Assembly (NCBI GenBank): GCA_035560415.1
Contig: DATMZG010000117.1
Location: forward strand, 4,887 to 68,886
DNA: 64,000 bases
Direction: 5' to 3'
Origin: Candidatus Acidiferrum sp.
Lineage (GTDB): Bacteria; Bacillota; Clostridia; Oscillospirales; Feifaniaceae
A program made the position numbers and the translations under genes. Below, piece after piece: positions 1-10,171 of this stretch; the first letter of the stretch is position 1; each line of letters begins with the position of its first letter. The notes below the pieces were generated by a model. It was not told the DNA's origin and made no database searches. It saw only the letters and a program-made list of their open reading frames with translations.

Positions 1-1
1 A

Positions 2-1141
2 GCCCTTGACCATTGCCATGCCCCGGCCCGGCTCGACAAACATGTACTTTTCGAGGAATGCCGCGGCCTCGGTCTGAGACCACTTTCCGTCCCAGACCTT
101 GCGGCTGGCCTCGAGTTTTCCGTAATTTGAAATGTCGATGAACTTGTGCCACAGCGGCATGAGCCCGGCAAGCCCCTTGTCGAGCCCGGCTGCCTCGAAC
201 ACGACGTCGCGCTCGAACTCGGCCAGCTTTTCCATGGAGTTGTCAAAGCACATGTAGATGGACCGGCGCGCCGAGCCCTCCCAGAAGGCGGAGGACTCGC
301 AGTGCTGCGGGAAAATGGACATCTCGGGGAAACAGGTGTCGATAAAGGACTGGGTGCGCTTCAGGAAGTGATAAATGTGTCCCGGCTCGCACTCGTGGCC
401 GATGCACTCGACAGCCTTTTCCACGGTCCAGTCGTAGTTCAGGTTGTAGTTGCGCTCGTAGCTCACGCGCTCGTAGTCGTAGCCAAACAGCAGGGACAGG
501 AAGACCATGCCCTCCGGCAGCTCTTTGACGCGGGTGCGCATGAGGCTGTAGGGCGGGGTCTCCGGCAGGCGCTCAATGGTCATGTCGTGGAAGTTCTTGG
601 TCAGCTCGGTCATGACCTTCAGCAATTTGTCTTTCGGAATGCGGGTCTTGTCAAGAAAGTGACGGATTTTTTCAAGGTCGCCCTCCGGCCCCGGCAGGGC
701 GGCGCCCATCTCCCGTACGGCGGCGTCGAATTTTGCAAAGTCATATGTGGGCGCCGTCAGGCCGTAGAGCCCCCTCGTCACCTCGTCGTAGGAAAAGCGC
801 TCGCCCATCAGCATGCGGGTGCGGAAATTCAGGTTGAAGACATGGGCCAGCAGGTAGTCCACGCGGGGCATCTCGCAGGGCTGCGCCGTCTCTTTGTAGA
901 CGAGAAGGCTTTTAAGCAGGTGGGCGGTGCCGTCACGCGTGTCCTCAAGCGTCTTGCCGTGCTTGGTGTTGCCAATCTCATAGTCGGGAATGGTCTTGTA
1001 CTCGCGGCTGTACCGCATGGAGGTTCTGCGCCAGAAGGGGCCCTCGGCGTACCAGTTCATGTCCCACAGGTCGTACTTTGTGTTGCACAGCGCATAGTCG
1101 ATGTATGCGCCGGCGATGGCGTTCAGCGCCGCGTCGGTCAT
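2..1141 (-). CDS. DUF885-like (metallopeptidase-like fold) protein, N-terminal 380 codons; the 3' end lies beyond the window start
   Basis: Absent from the ORF track because it has no in-window stop. I checked the minus frame codon by codon from ATG (complement of 1139-1141; RBS GGAAGGAA on the minus strand at about 1146-1153) to position 2 and found no stop. Translation: MTDAALNAIAGAYIDYALCNTKYDLWDMNWY...VECIGHECEPGHIYHF...EKYMFVEPGRGMAMVKG. The HExxPGH motif is what I recall for the DUF885 family. The 146..1201 + ORF is its antisense shadow. Confidence 0.55.
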   Translation of the reverse strand, partial: MTDAALNAIAGAYIDYALCNTKYDLWDMNWYAEGPFWRRTSMRYSREYKTIPDYEIGNTKHGKTLEDTRDGTAHLLKSLLVYKETAQPCEMPRVDYLLAHVFNLNFRTRMLMGERFSYDEVTRGLYGLTAPTYDFAKFDAAVREMGAALPGPEGDLEKIRHFLDKTRIPKDKLLKVMTELTKNFHDMTIERLPETPPYSLMRTRVKELPEGMVFLSLLFGYDYERVSYERNYNLNYDWTVEKAVECIGHECEPGHIYHFLKRTQSFIDTCFPEMSIFPQHCESSAFWEGSARRSIYMCFDNSMEKLAEFERDVVFEAAGLDKGLAGLMPLWHKFIDISNYGKLEASRKVWDGKWSQTEAAAFLEKYMFVEPGRGMAMVKG

Positions 1142-1391
1142 AGTTTCCTTCCTTTCTTCCGCCTTGACGGTTCGGACTCACAAACTAAGTCTAATGCATG
1201 ATTATTCCGTCTGTCAACCCTGCATTCGAGTTTTTTAAAGAAAATCGGGCCGAGAAAAAGAAAAAATAGTATAGAATGAGATTATAACTGAATTTTTACA
1301 CGGACTTTACACAGCGCCCGGTCGAGACCGGCGCGCTTGTGTTTTTGTGCCGCATATGATAAAATAAACTGTCATAATGCCAAAGTGAGGA

Positions 1392-2741
1392 GTGAAACGG
1401 GTGGAGCATGAAGTGCGCCGGCTGCTGGACGCCGAAGCGGCGGCCACAGGGCGCAGGCGCAAAGCGCTCATCGAGACGTACGGCTGTCAGCAAAACGGGG
1501 CCGACTCCGACCGCATGCGGGGCCAGCTTGTCGCCATGGGCTTCGACCTTGCGGGCGCCCGCGAAGACGCGGATTTAATTCTCTTCAACACCTGCGCCGT
1601 CAGGGAGCACGCAGAGCAAAAGCTGCTCGGGAATCTCGGCGCCCTGCGCCACCTGAAAGCCCGCCGGCCGGGACTTGTCATCGCCGTCACCGGCTGCATG
1701 ATGCAGCAGCCCCACCGTGTGGAGGAGATCACAAAAAAATACCGCCACGTCGACATCGTGCTTGGCACAAACACTTTTTTCAAGCTGCCGGAAGCCGTTC
1801 ACAGGGCTATGACGGAGGGCGGCCGCACGGCCGAAATCGACGGCGGTTCCCCCGACATCCCGGAGGACATTCCGGTCGCCCGCGAGTCGGGCATCCGGGC
1901 CTGGGTCACCGCCATGTACGGCTGCAACAACTTCTGCTCCTACTGCGTCGTGCCCTATACGAGGGGCAGGGAGCGCAGCAGGCCCCCGGAGTATATTGAG
2001 GAGGAGGTCAGGGGTCTTGTCAAAGCGGGGTACAAGGACATCACGCTGCTCGGACAAAACGTCAACTCCTACGGCTGGGGGTTTCCAAAGCTCCTGGCCC
2101 TGCTTGACGCCATAGAGGGCGACTACCTCATCCGGTTTATGACGAGCCACCCCAAGGACGCCACACCGGGGCTCTTCGAGGCCATGGCCGCTTCAAAGCA
2201 TGTGGCCCGCCAGCTCCACCTGCCGGTGCAGTCGGGCAGCGACGCGGTGCTCGCGGCCATGAACCGGAGATATACGGCGGAGCACTATCTTGGCCTCGCC
2301 CAGAAAGCCCGGGAGCTCATACCCGACCTCACGCTGACAAGCGACATCATCGTCGGCTTCCCGGGCGAATCCGAGGCCGACTTTGAGGCGACGCTTGACT
2401 TAATTCGCACCGTCCGGTTTGACTCCCTCTTCACCTTTGCCTACTCGGCAAGACGGGGGACAAGGGCCGCCGACATGGAGGGGCAAATTCCGGCCGAGGT
2501 CAAAAAATCGCGGCTCATCGCCCTCATGAAGACTCAGCAGGTCATCTCGGCCGAAAAAAACGCGGCGCTTTTGGGCTGTGTCCAGCGGGTGCTCGTCATG
2601 GGGCGAAAGGGTTTCCTTGAAGGGCGCACCGAAGGGGGCAAGCCCTGCTACTTTGAAGGGGACGACGCCCTCATCGGCAGCTTTGTCCCGGTCAAAATCA
2701 CCATTGCCAAGTCCTTCGTACTATACGGAGAGCTTCAATAA
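1392..2741 (+). CDS. miaB: tRNA (i6A37) methylthiotransferase MiaB
   Basis: 449-aa ORF. N-terminal MTTase motif 'IETYGCQQN', radical-SAM 'CNNFCSYC' (CxxxCxxC), TRAM-like C-terminus. Start uncertain: GTG 1392 or GTG 1401, with RBS GAGGAG at 1386-1391. Confidence 0.9.
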   Translation: MKRVEHEVRRLLDAEAAATGRRRKALIETYGCQQNGADSDRMRGQLVAMGFDLAGAREDADLILFNTCAVREHAEQKLLGNLGALRHLKARRPGLVIAVTGCMMQQPHRVEEITKKYRHVDIVLGTNTFFKLPEAVHRAMTEGGRTAEIDGGSPDIPEDIPVARESGIRAWVTAMYGCNNFCSYCVVPYTRGRERSRPPEYIEEEVRGLVKAGYKDITLLGQNVNSYGWGFPKLLALLDAIEGDYLIRFMTSHPKDATPGLFEAMAASKHVARQLHLPVQSGSDAVLAAMNRRYTAEHYLGLAQKARELIPDLTLTSDIIVGFPGESEADFEATLDLIRTVRFDSLFTFAYSARRGTRAADMEGQIPAEVKKSRLIALMKTQQVISAEKNAALLGCVQRVLVMGRKGFLEGRTEGGKPCYFEGDDALIGSFVPVKITIAKSFVLYGELQ

Positions 2742-2771
2742 AATTACAGTAAAAAAAGAGAGGTACACGAT

Positions 2772-3167
2772 ATGAGCAACGTCACCGAAAAAATCCACGC
2801 CCTGGGAGAGGCCATTCAGCAGGACCCCCGCCACATCGCCTGGAAGACCGCCAAGGAGGCCCAGGAGTCCAACGCCGCCCTTCAGGAGAAAATCAACCGC
2901 TTTGGCTCGGTCCGGGATCAGCTGATGGAGGCCAATATGGAGCAAAATCGCGACGACGCCAAAATTTCGGCCCTGAGCGACGAGATGCGCGCCCTCTATG
3001 AGGAGATCATGGCAAACGAGACCATGGCGTCCTACACCGAGGCCCAGGAGAATTTAAATGAGCTGATGGGCGAGATCAACAACCTCATTCAGTTCTATGT
3101 GACGGGCGAGGAGCCCTCCGCCTGCGGCGGCAACTGCGCAGGGTGCGCCGGCTGCAGCGGATTCTAA
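2772..3167 (+). CDS. YlbF/YmcA-family regulatory protein with a Cys-rich C-terminal tail
   Basis: 131-aa helical, acidic ORF with RBS AGAGAGG upstream. It has the composition and length of YlbF-like proteins. The tail is 'ACGGNCAGCAGCSGF'. Family call is from memory. Confidence 0.5.
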   Translation: MSNVTEKIHALGEAIQQDPRHIAWKTAKEAQESNAALQEKINRFGSVRDQLMEANMEQNRDDAKISALSDEMRALYEEIMANETMASYTEAQENLNELMGEINNLIQFYVTGEEPSACGGNCAGCAGCSGF

Positions 3168-3206
3168 GAGAGAAAAATACGAAATTTCCTGGCCGGGAGG
3201 GACGAC

Positions 3207-5792
3207 ATGGACAAGCTGACGCCGATGATGCAGCAGTATATGGAAATCAAGGAGCGCAATGCGGATTACATTCTGCTGTATCGGCTGGGCGACTTCTATG
3301 AGATGTTTTTCGAAGACGCCAAGCTGGCGTCAACCGAGCTTGACCTTGTCCTGACCGGCAGAGACTGCGGAATGGATGAGCGGGCGCCCATGTGCGGCGT
3401 GCCCTACCACAGCGTCGACGCCTATATCGCGCGCCTCGTGCAAAAGGGGTATAAGGTGGCCGTCTGCGAGCAGACGGAGGACCCCGCCCTCGCCAAAGGC
3501 CTTGTGAGGCGCGAGATTGTGCGGCTTGTCACGCCCGGAACCGTCACTGACGACGGCATGCTCGAGGGCTCTAAAAACAACTATCTCGCCGCCGTCCTGC
3601 CGGACGAGGCCGGCTTTGCCATGGCCTTTGCCGACGCGTCGACCGGCGAGCTCAGCGCTATGCACCTTTCCGAGGCGGGGAGAGTCGAGGACGAACTGGC
3701 CCGGCTCTCCCCCCGCGAGGTGCTGACGGCGGCGGCTTTTCCGCCCCCGCAGGGGCTTGCCGACTTCTGCCGGCGGCAGCTCGGCGCCATATTGACGCCC
3801 TTGGGCGGCGACAAAGAGGCGCTGGCCGCGGCCGCTTTCGGCAGATACGGCAAAAATGAGCTGCTGGACAAAGGGATGGACGAGGCCGTCTGCGCCTGCG
3901 TCGGGCTTATTGTGGGATACTTGGAGGAGACCCAGCGCACCGGCGAGCTGCGCCTGGGCGAAGTGCGGTTCATCCGGCAGGGCAAGACGACGGGGCTCGA
4001 CCTTGTCACCCGCCGCAACCTCGAACTCACGGGCACCATCGTCTCGGGGGAAAAACGGGGCTCCCTGCTCGGGGTGCTCGACCACACGAGGACTGCGCCG
4101 GGAGCCCGGCTGCTGCGCGCCCGCATTGAGCAGCCGCTGTGCGACATTGCGGCCATCACCCGAAGGCTCGCGGCAGTCGGCGAGCTCAAAGACAATGAGA
4201 GACTGCGCGAGAAGCTGAGGCAAATTTTGTCCGAGGTCTGCGACCTCCAGCGGCTTTTGACCAAAGTGGTTTACAAGACGGGCACGGCCAGAGAGCTTGT
4301 CGCCATCTCGGCCACGCTGCGCCGGGTACCGGAACTGAGAGAGCTCCTCGCGCCCTGCAAGAGCGTCCTCATCGCCGAGCAGGCGGCGGCACTCGACGCC
4401 GCACCGGAACTGACGGCGCGGGTGGGGGCCGCCATTGTCGACGACCCGCCTCTGACGGTCAGAGAGGGCGGCATGATTCGCCGTGGCTACCACCCCGAGG
4501 CTGACCGGCTCAAAGACCTCGTCGACGGCGGGCGGGGAAGGCTTGTCGCCATTGAGGCGGGGGAGCGGGAGCGCACCGAAATTAAAAACCTCAAGGTCTC
4601 CTACAACAAGGTCTTCGGCTACTACATAGAGGTTTCAAAGGGCAATGTCTCCAAAGTGCCGCCGGACTACATCCGCAAACAGACCCTTGTGAACTGCGAG
4701 CGGTACATCACCCCCGAGCTCAAGGAGCTCGAGGGGGAGGTGCTGTCGGCCGGGGACAGGCTCAAGGCGCTCGAGTATGAGCTCTTTTCCGAGGTGCGGG
4801 ACATGGCGGCCACCTGCGCCGCCCGCATTGTGGGGACGGCGGAAGCCTTAGCCGAACTCGACTGCACGGCGGCCCTCGCCGAGGCCGCGCAACGGCACCG
4901 GTACTGCGAGCCGGAAGTCGACATGGGGGACCTCATTGAAATCAAAGAGGGGAGGCACCCCGTCGTCGAGCGCCTGCTCACGGACGCCCTCTTTGTGCCA
5001 AACGACACGCACCTCGACTGCAAGGGGGGCCGCATGGCCATCATCACAGGGCCCAACATGGCCGGCAAGTCCACTTACATGCGGCAGACCGCCCTCATCG
5101 TGCTCATGGCCCAAATGGGCAGCTTTGTGCCGGCCCAGTATGCCCGCATCGGACTTGTGGACCGCATTTTCACGCGGGTCGGAGCGGCCGACAACATTGC
5201 GGGGGGTCAGTCGACCTTCATGATGGAGATGAGCGAGACCGCCCACATCCTCAAAAACGCGACAAAGCGCAGCCTCATCATCTTCGATGAGATCGGCCGC
5301 GGCACCTCGACTTTTGACGGCATGAGCATCGCACGTGCCGTCGTCGAGTATGTGGCGGACAGTAAGCTGCTTGGCGCCCGCACGCTCTTTGCCACCCACT
5401 ACCACGAGCTGACGGCGCTGGAGGGCGAAGTCGACGGGCTTGTCAACTACAACATCGCGGTCAAAAAGCGCGGGGACGACATCACTTTTTTGCGCAAAAT
5501 CGTGCGGGGCGCCGCCGACGACAGCTACGGCATTGAAGTGGCAAAGCTCGCGGGCGTTCCGGAGCCGGTCATCCGCTGCGCAAAGCGGGTGCTCTCGGAG
5601 CTTGAAAGCGAAAAACAGCGGGCGGTCCCCCGCGCCGCCCCAGAGGACGAGCCGGACGCGCAGCTCTCCTTTTCGGCGGGGCCGGCCGGGGCGCTTTGCA
5701 CCGAGCTTGCCGCCATTGACGTATCCACTCTGACGCCCTTAGAGGCGCTCAACCGGCTGTATGAATTGCAGCAGAGGGCAAATAAATTATGA
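3207..5792 (+). CDS. mutS: DNA mismatch repair protein MutS
   Basis: 861 aa. Motifs 'TPMMQQYMEIK', Walker A 'GPNMAGKST', 'DEIGRGTST'. RBS GGGAGGG upstream. Confidence 0.97.
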   Translation: MDKLTPMMQQYMEIKERNADYILLYRLGDFYEMFFEDAKLASTELDLVLTGRDCGMDERAPMCGVPYHSVDAYIARLVQKGYKVAVCEQTEDPALAKGLVRREIVRLVTPGTVTDDGMLEGSKNNYLAAVLPDEAGFAMAFADASTGELSAMHLSEAGRVEDELARLSPREVLTAAAFPPPQGLADFCRRQLGAILTPLGGDKEALAAAAFGRYGKNELLDKGMDEAVCACVGLIVGYLEETQRTGELRLGEVRFIRQGKTTGLDLVTRRNLELTGTIVSGEKRGSLLGVLDHTRTAPGARLLRARIEQPLCDIAAITRRLAAVGELKDNERLREKLRQILSEVCDLQRLLTKVVYKTGTARELVAISATLRRVPELRELLAPCKSVLIAEQAAALDAAPELTARVGAAIVDDPPLTVREGGMIRRGYHPEADRLKDLVDGGRGRLVAIEAGERERTEIKNLKVSYNKVFGYYIEVSKGNVSKVPPDYIRKQTLVNCERYITPELKELEGEVLSAGDRLKALEYELFSEVRDMAATCAARIVGTAEALAELDCTAALAEAAQRHRYCEPEVDMGDLIEIKEGRHPVVERLLTDALFVPNDTHLDCKGGRMAIITGPNMAGKSTYMRQTALIVLMAQMGSFVPAQYARIGLVDRIFTRVGAADNIAGGQSTFMMEMSETAHILKNATKRSLIIFDEIGRGTSTFDGMSIARAVVEYVADSKLLGARTLFATHYHELTALEGEVDGLVNYNIAVKKRGDDITFLRKIVRGAADDSYGIEVAKLAGVPEPVIRCAKRVLSELESEKQRAVPRAAPEDEPDAQLSFSAGPAGALCTELAAIDVSTLTPLEALNRLYELQQRANKL

Positions 5793-7711
5793 GTAAAATC
5801 CATGTGCTCGACAAACAGGTGGCCAACCTCATTGCGGCCGGCGAAGTCGTCGACCGGCCGGCCTCCATTGTCAAGGAGCTCGTCGAAAATTCCATTGACG
5901 CCGGCGCCAGCAGCGTCACGGTCGAAATCAGAGAGGGCGGAGCCAGCTATTTGCGGGTGACCGACAACGGCTGCGGCATGAACGAAGAGGACGCGAGGCT
6001 CTCCTTTGCCCGTCACGCCACCTCCAAAGTGAGGCAGGCCGAGGACCTCACGGCCATCGGCACGCTCGGCTTTAGGGGGGAGGCGCTGGCCGCGACCGCC
6101 GCCGTCTCCAAAGTGCAGCTGCGCACAAGGGAGCCCTCCGAAGTCGAGGGCACTGAGGTGCTTGTTGAGGGCGGCGCGGAAGTCGCCGTAAACCCATGCG
6201 GCTGTCCGCCCGGCACCACCATCATCGTGCGGGAGCTGTTTTACAACACGCCCGCCCGCAGAAAATTTTTGAAAAAAGAGACGACGGAGGCGGCCACGGT
6301 CGGCGCGATGGTCGAAAAACTGGCCATGGCAAACCCTGCGGTCGCCTTTGAATACATCAAGGACGGCAAGACCTCCCTGCTGACGCCGGGGGGCGATTTG
6401 CGCGCGGCGGCCCGGTCGGTACTCGGCCATGCCGTCGACGCCATGCTGGCGGTCGACGGCGCCTCGGGAGAAATTCAGGTGTCGGGGCTTGTCTCCCCGC
6501 CCGAGGCTGCGCGGCCAAACCGGGGCGGACAGCACTTTTTCGTCGGCGGCCGATATATCCGCTCCCGCACGCTCCAAATTGCGGTCGAGGAGGCCGTGGC
6601 GGGCCGTGTGCCCGCCGGCCGCTACCCCGCCTGCGTCATTGTCATCGACCTGCCGCCCGAGTCGGTAGACGTCAACGTCCACCCGCAGAAGCTCGAAGTG
6701 CGCTTTGCAAACGAGCGGGCGGTCTTCGACGCCGTGTCGGGCTCCGTTCGCAGCGCTTTTGACGGCAGGTCGGCCCCGCCCGAGCTGCGCTTTGCGTCCG
6801 CGGGTCAGTCCCTCGCGCACAGCGCCCCGCCGCCCGCCCTGCGAAATGAGCCCATGCCGGACGCTGTCCCGCTCTTTGCGCAAAACCCGCCGCCCGCGGT
6901 GCCCGTCTTTGCGCAAGCGGCGCCCCAAACCCGCGCGCCGCGGGGCCGGCTGGACATCGACGCCGCCGACTGGGAGTATGTTCCGCCCAAAAAAGCGGAA
7001 GATAGGGAAGAGGAAACCGCCCCGCCGCTGCCCGCACAGGAGGAGCCCGTAAAGGCCGAGGCCTTTGCGCCGGAGGTTCCGATGCCGGAGCCTGCCGATG
7101 CGCCGCTGCTCGAAGTGCCAGAAGAGCAAAAGGCGCTCGACATGCCCCCCGCCTTTCGGATGGTCGGGGAGCTCTATCACACTTACTTAATCGTCGAGTT
7201 CGAGGATGAGGTCTGGCTTGTCGACAAGCACGCGGCCAAAGAGCGCATGCTGTATGAAGAGCTCCTCAAAGCCGGCGGCGCCATGCCGCAGCGGCTCATG
7301 GAGCCAAAGCTCTGTGTCCTGGGCAGGGCCGACACGGCGGCCGCCCTCGAGGGGATGGAGGCGCTTGCCGCCTGCGGACTTGAAATTGAGGCCTTCGGGG
7401 ACGACACGCTGCTCGTCCGCTCAATGCCGATGGGCATTGACGCGGCACACTGCGAGGAGCTCATCACAGAGCTCTGTGGACTGCTGCGGGAGGGCAGGCG
7501 GGAGCCCATTCCGGAGCTCACAAGGCGCATGCTGCACAAGACGGCCTGCGTCGCCGCCGTCAAGGGCGGGGACAGAGAGAGCCCCATGGCGGGCGAAGAG
7601 ATGGTCAAAGCACTTGTCGCGTTGCCTGAGCTTCGCAGCTGCCCGCACGGGCGCCCCTGCGTGAAACGGCTGCCGAAGTCCTATTTCGAAAAGGAGTTTT
7701 ACCGCACATGA
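5789..7711 (+). CDS. mutL: DNA mismatch repair protein MutL
   Basis: 640 aa. GHKL ATPase N-terminus 'IAAGEVVDRPASIVKELVENSIDAG', Pro-rich linker. ATGA overlap with the mutS stop. Confidence 0.95.
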   Translation: MSKIHVLDKQVANLIAAGEVVDRPASIVKELVENSIDAGASSVTVEIREGGASYLRVTDNGCGMNEEDARLSFARHATSKVRQAEDLTAIGTLGFRGEALAATAAVSKVQLRTREPSEVEGTEVLVEGGAEVAVNPCGCPPGTTIIVRELFYNTPARRKFLKKETTEAATVGAMVEKLAMANPAVAFEYIKDGKTSLLTPGGDLRAAARSVLGHAVDAMLAVDGASGEIQVSGLVSPPEAARPNRGGQHFFVGGRYIRSRTLQIAVEEAVAGRVPAGRYPACVIVIDLPPESVDVNVHPQKLEVRFANERAVFDAVSGSVRSAFDGRSAPPELRFASAGQSLAHSAPPPALRNEPMPDAVPLFAQNPPPAVPVFAQAAPQTRAPRGRLDIDAADWEYVPPKKAEDREEETAPPLPAQEEPVKAEAFAPEVPMPEPADAPLLEVPEEQKALDMPPAFRMVGELYHTYLIVEFEDEVWLVDKHAAKERMLYEELLKAGGAMPQRLMEPKLCVLGRADTAAALEGMEALAACGLEIEAFGDDTLLVRSMPMGIDAAHCEELITELCGLLREGRREPIPELTRRMLHKTACVAAVKGGDRESPMAGEEMVKALVALPELRSCPHGRPCVKRLPKSYFEKEFYRT

Positions 7712-8625
7712 AGCCACGCGTCCTCGCCGTGGGGGGGCCTACTTCCACGGGCAAGACGGCCTTTGGCGTGCTGCTGGCAAAGACTGCCTGTGGCGAAGTC
7801 GTCTCCTGCGACTCCATGCAGCTATACAAGGGCATGGTCATCGGCACCGCAGCTCCGACGCCGGAGGAGACGGGGGGCGTCCTCCACCACATGGTCGGCG
7901 TCGTCGACCCGGCTGTCTCATTTTCAGTGGCCGATTACTGCGCCATGGCCGCCCCCATTCTGGCCGACATCCACGCACGCGGCCTTGTGCCCGTCGTCGT
8001 CGGCGGCACCGGGCTCTACATGGACTGCCTGCTCTCGGGCATGACCTTTCTCGGGCAGCAGGAGACGGGCGAGGTGCGCCGTCAGCTCTGGGCGCAGGAC
8101 GGCGAGGCGCTTTGGAAGCGGCTTGCCGAGCTCGACCCGCAGGCGGCGGCCTCCATTCACCCCGCCAATAAAAAAAGGGTCATCCGAGCCCTTGAAGTCG
8201 TGCTGACAACCGGCGAGACCATGACGGCAAGGGCCGCCCGCCAGAGCGCGGCCGAGTCGCCCTATGAGGTGACGAAAATCTGCCTTGACCTGGCCGACCG
8301 GGAGCTCCTTCGCGCCCGGTGCGAGCGCAGGGTCGACGAGATGATGGAAAAGGGGCTGCTTGAGGAGGTCGAAGGGCTGCTCAAAAAGCCGGGGCTGCGG
8401 GCGTCCACCGCGTTTCAGAGCATCGGCTACAAGGAGCTTGCGACATATTTCGACGGAATTCTGCCTTTAGAGCGGGCGGTCGAGGACATTAAGACCGCGA
8501 CGAAAAAATACGCAAAGCGGCAGCGCAGCTGGTTTCGAAGGGACGGGGCGACCCTTTGGTATTATCGGGACCAACTTTCCGGAGAAGCGATAATCGACGA
8601 TTTACGACAGCGCAATCTGCTATAA
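7708..8625 (+). CDS. miaA: tRNA dimethylallyltransferase MiaA
   Basis: 305 aa. P-loop 'GGPTSTGKT' and 'DSMQLYKGMVIGTA'. Overlaps the mutL stop. Part of the classic mutSL-miaA-hfq order. Confidence 0.93.
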   Translation: MKPRVLAVGGPTSTGKTAFGVLLAKTACGEVVSCDSMQLYKGMVIGTAAPTPEETGGVLHHMVGVVDPAVSFSVADYCAMAAPILADIHARGLVPVVVGGTGLYMDCLLSGMTFLGQQETGEVRRQLWAQDGEALWKRLAELDPQAAASIHPANKKRVIRALEVVLTTGETMTARAARQSAAESPYEVTKICLDLADRELLRARCERRVDEMMEKGLLEEVEGLLKKPGLRASTAFQSIGYKELATYFDGILPLERAVEDIKTATKKYAKRQRSWFRRDGATLWYYRDQLSGEAIIDDLRQRNLL

Positions 8626-8660
8626 TTTTCCCATAATCTGGCAATTATGGGAGGTAAACA

Positions 8661-8897
8661 ATGGAAAGACAGCTGAACATCCAGGATGCGTTTTTAAATC
8701 AGGTCAGAAGGGACAAGCAGATCATCTCGATGTACCTCGTCAACGGGGTGCGCGTGGGCGGCGTCGTCCGGGCGTTTGACAGCTATGTGGTGGTGCTGGA
8801 GGACAGGGGTTCCCAGCAGGTCATTTACAAGCACGCCATTTCGACCATGATCCCGTCGCTGCCGGTTCAGCTTTTCAAGGCGGAGAATGAACAATAA
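8661..8897 (+). CDS. hfq: RNA chaperone Hfq
   Basis: 78 aa. Sm-like motifs 'IQDAFLNQVRR', 'YLVNGVRV.G.V..FD', 'YKHAISTMIP'. RBS GGGAGG upstream. Confidence 0.93.
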   Translation: MERQLNIQDAFLNQVRRDKQIISMYLVNGVRVGGVVRAFDSYVVVLEDRGSQQVIYKHAISTMIPSLPVQLFKAENEQ

Positions 8898-10122
8898 CAG
8901 TTCCAAAAAACCCAAAACGAACAGGCTGCTCTATGTGTTTTTGCTTCTGGCGGGCGCTTACATCTCCTACCAGATAGCGGCTTTGACGCGCCCGGATTTT
9001 GTGACCGAGACGGCCCTCTCCATGAAAATCACCGACGAAATGCAGGTGTCGGGCTGGTTTTTCCGGGATGAGGAGGTCATCGCCATGCCGCAGGCAGAGG
9101 CGCAGTACGTCCGGTACGAGGTCTCCGACTGCGGACGGGTGGCCTCGGGCAGCGTCATTGCGACCCTCTACGAAACGCCTGAGGACACGGCGGCAAGCGC
9201 CGAAATTGCGCAGCTGACAAAGACCATCACAAAGCTCGACGCCATGCTCTCCAGGCCCGGAATCGGCATCGGCGAAGTCGCCGAGCTCGACGGCGAAATT
9301 TATCAGGCGGTGCGGGACACGGCCGACAGCGCCGCAATCGGCGACCTGTCGGGTGCAGGCGAGACCAAAGAGGAGCTCATTTACCTTCTGACGAGAAGGC
9401 AGCTCGCCACCGTCGGCACCGAGCCGACTCAGCGGCTCCTCGACGAGCGGGTGGGGGACAAGTCGAGCCTTTTATCCGCCCTGGGCAAGAGGGGACACAA
9501 AGTCACGTCGCCTGCGGCGGGGGCCTTCGTGTCGGTCACTGACGGGTATGAGTCGCGCTTCAACCCCGCCCTCTGCGGGACGCTGACACCGGCAAAACTG
9601 CGGGAGATGGCGGCGGCGCCGCCCGCCGACACGGGAAACGCGCTCGGGAAAATCATCAAAGGGTACGACTGGCGGTATGTCTGCATTGTGGGCGACGCCG
9701 ACGGCAAGCGGCTGACCGTGGGCAAGACCTATCATCTTCGGTTTGGCGGAGACCCCGACAACCCGATTTTGGCGGTGCTTGAAAACGCCGCCTCCTCGGA
9801 GCAGGACGGGTATGTGCTGACTTTCCGCTCCAGCCGCACGAGCTCTGCCTGCCTGCTCCAGCGGCAGCAGACGGCCGGCATCATCCTGACCTCCTACGAG
9901 GGGCTTTGCGTCAACAACGAGGCCAGGCGCGTCGTCGACGGCGTGACCGGCGTGTATGTGCTGGCGGGCATGGAGATGACCTTCAAACCCATTGAGACGC
10001 TCTACACGACCGACTCCTACACCATCGTCAAGTGGGAGCCGAACAAGTCGGGGGCACTGCGGCTCTACGACGAGGTCATCCTGACCGGCAAGGAGATTTA
10101 CGACGGGAAAATCGTGCAGTAG
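8887..10122 (+). CDS. membrane-anchored protein with an HlyD-like (barrel-sandwich/coiled-coil) architecture, function unknown
   Basis: 411 aa. One N-terminal TM segment 'LLYVFLLLAGAYISYQIAAL', then a beta / coiled-coil ('AEIAQLTKTITKLDAML') / beta pattern. Overlaps the hfq stop by 11 nt. Family call is weak. Confidence 0.45.
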   Translation: MNNNSSKKPKTNRLLYVFLLLAGAYISYQIAALTRPDFVTETALSMKITDEMQVSGWFFRDEEVIAMPQAEAQYVRYEVSDCGRVASGSVIATLYETPEDTAASAEIAQLTKTITKLDAMLSRPGIGIGEVAELDGEIYQAVRDTADSAAIGDLSGAGETKEELIYLLTRRQLATVGTEPTQRLLDERVGDKSSLLSALGKRGHKVTSPAAGAFVSVTDGYESRFNPALCGTLTPAKLREMAAAPPADTGNALGKIIKGYDWRYVCIVGDADGKRLTVGKTYHLRFGGDPDNPILAVLENAASSEQDGYVLTFRSSRTSSACLLQRQQTAGIILTSYEGLCVNNEARRVVDGVTGVYVLAGMEMTFKPIETLYTTDSYTIVKWEPNKSGALRLYDEVILTGKEIYDGKIVQ

Positions 10123-10171
10123 CACGATATCATAAACAGACATATATATGTGTAATCAGGGAGAATGCGAC

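Noticed and set aside
146-1201. 351-aa + strand ORF at the start of the window
   Set aside because: It is Ala/Gly/Val/His-rich with no recognisable motifs and no RBS. The opposite strand carries a clean 380-codon open frame with an RBS and an HExxPGH motif. I treat this ORF as an antisense shadow.
5525-7180. 551-aa minus-strand ORF opposite mutS/mutL
   Set aside because: Arg/Gly-rich junk-like composition, fully overlapped by well-supported mutS and mutL. Typical GC-rich antisense ORF.
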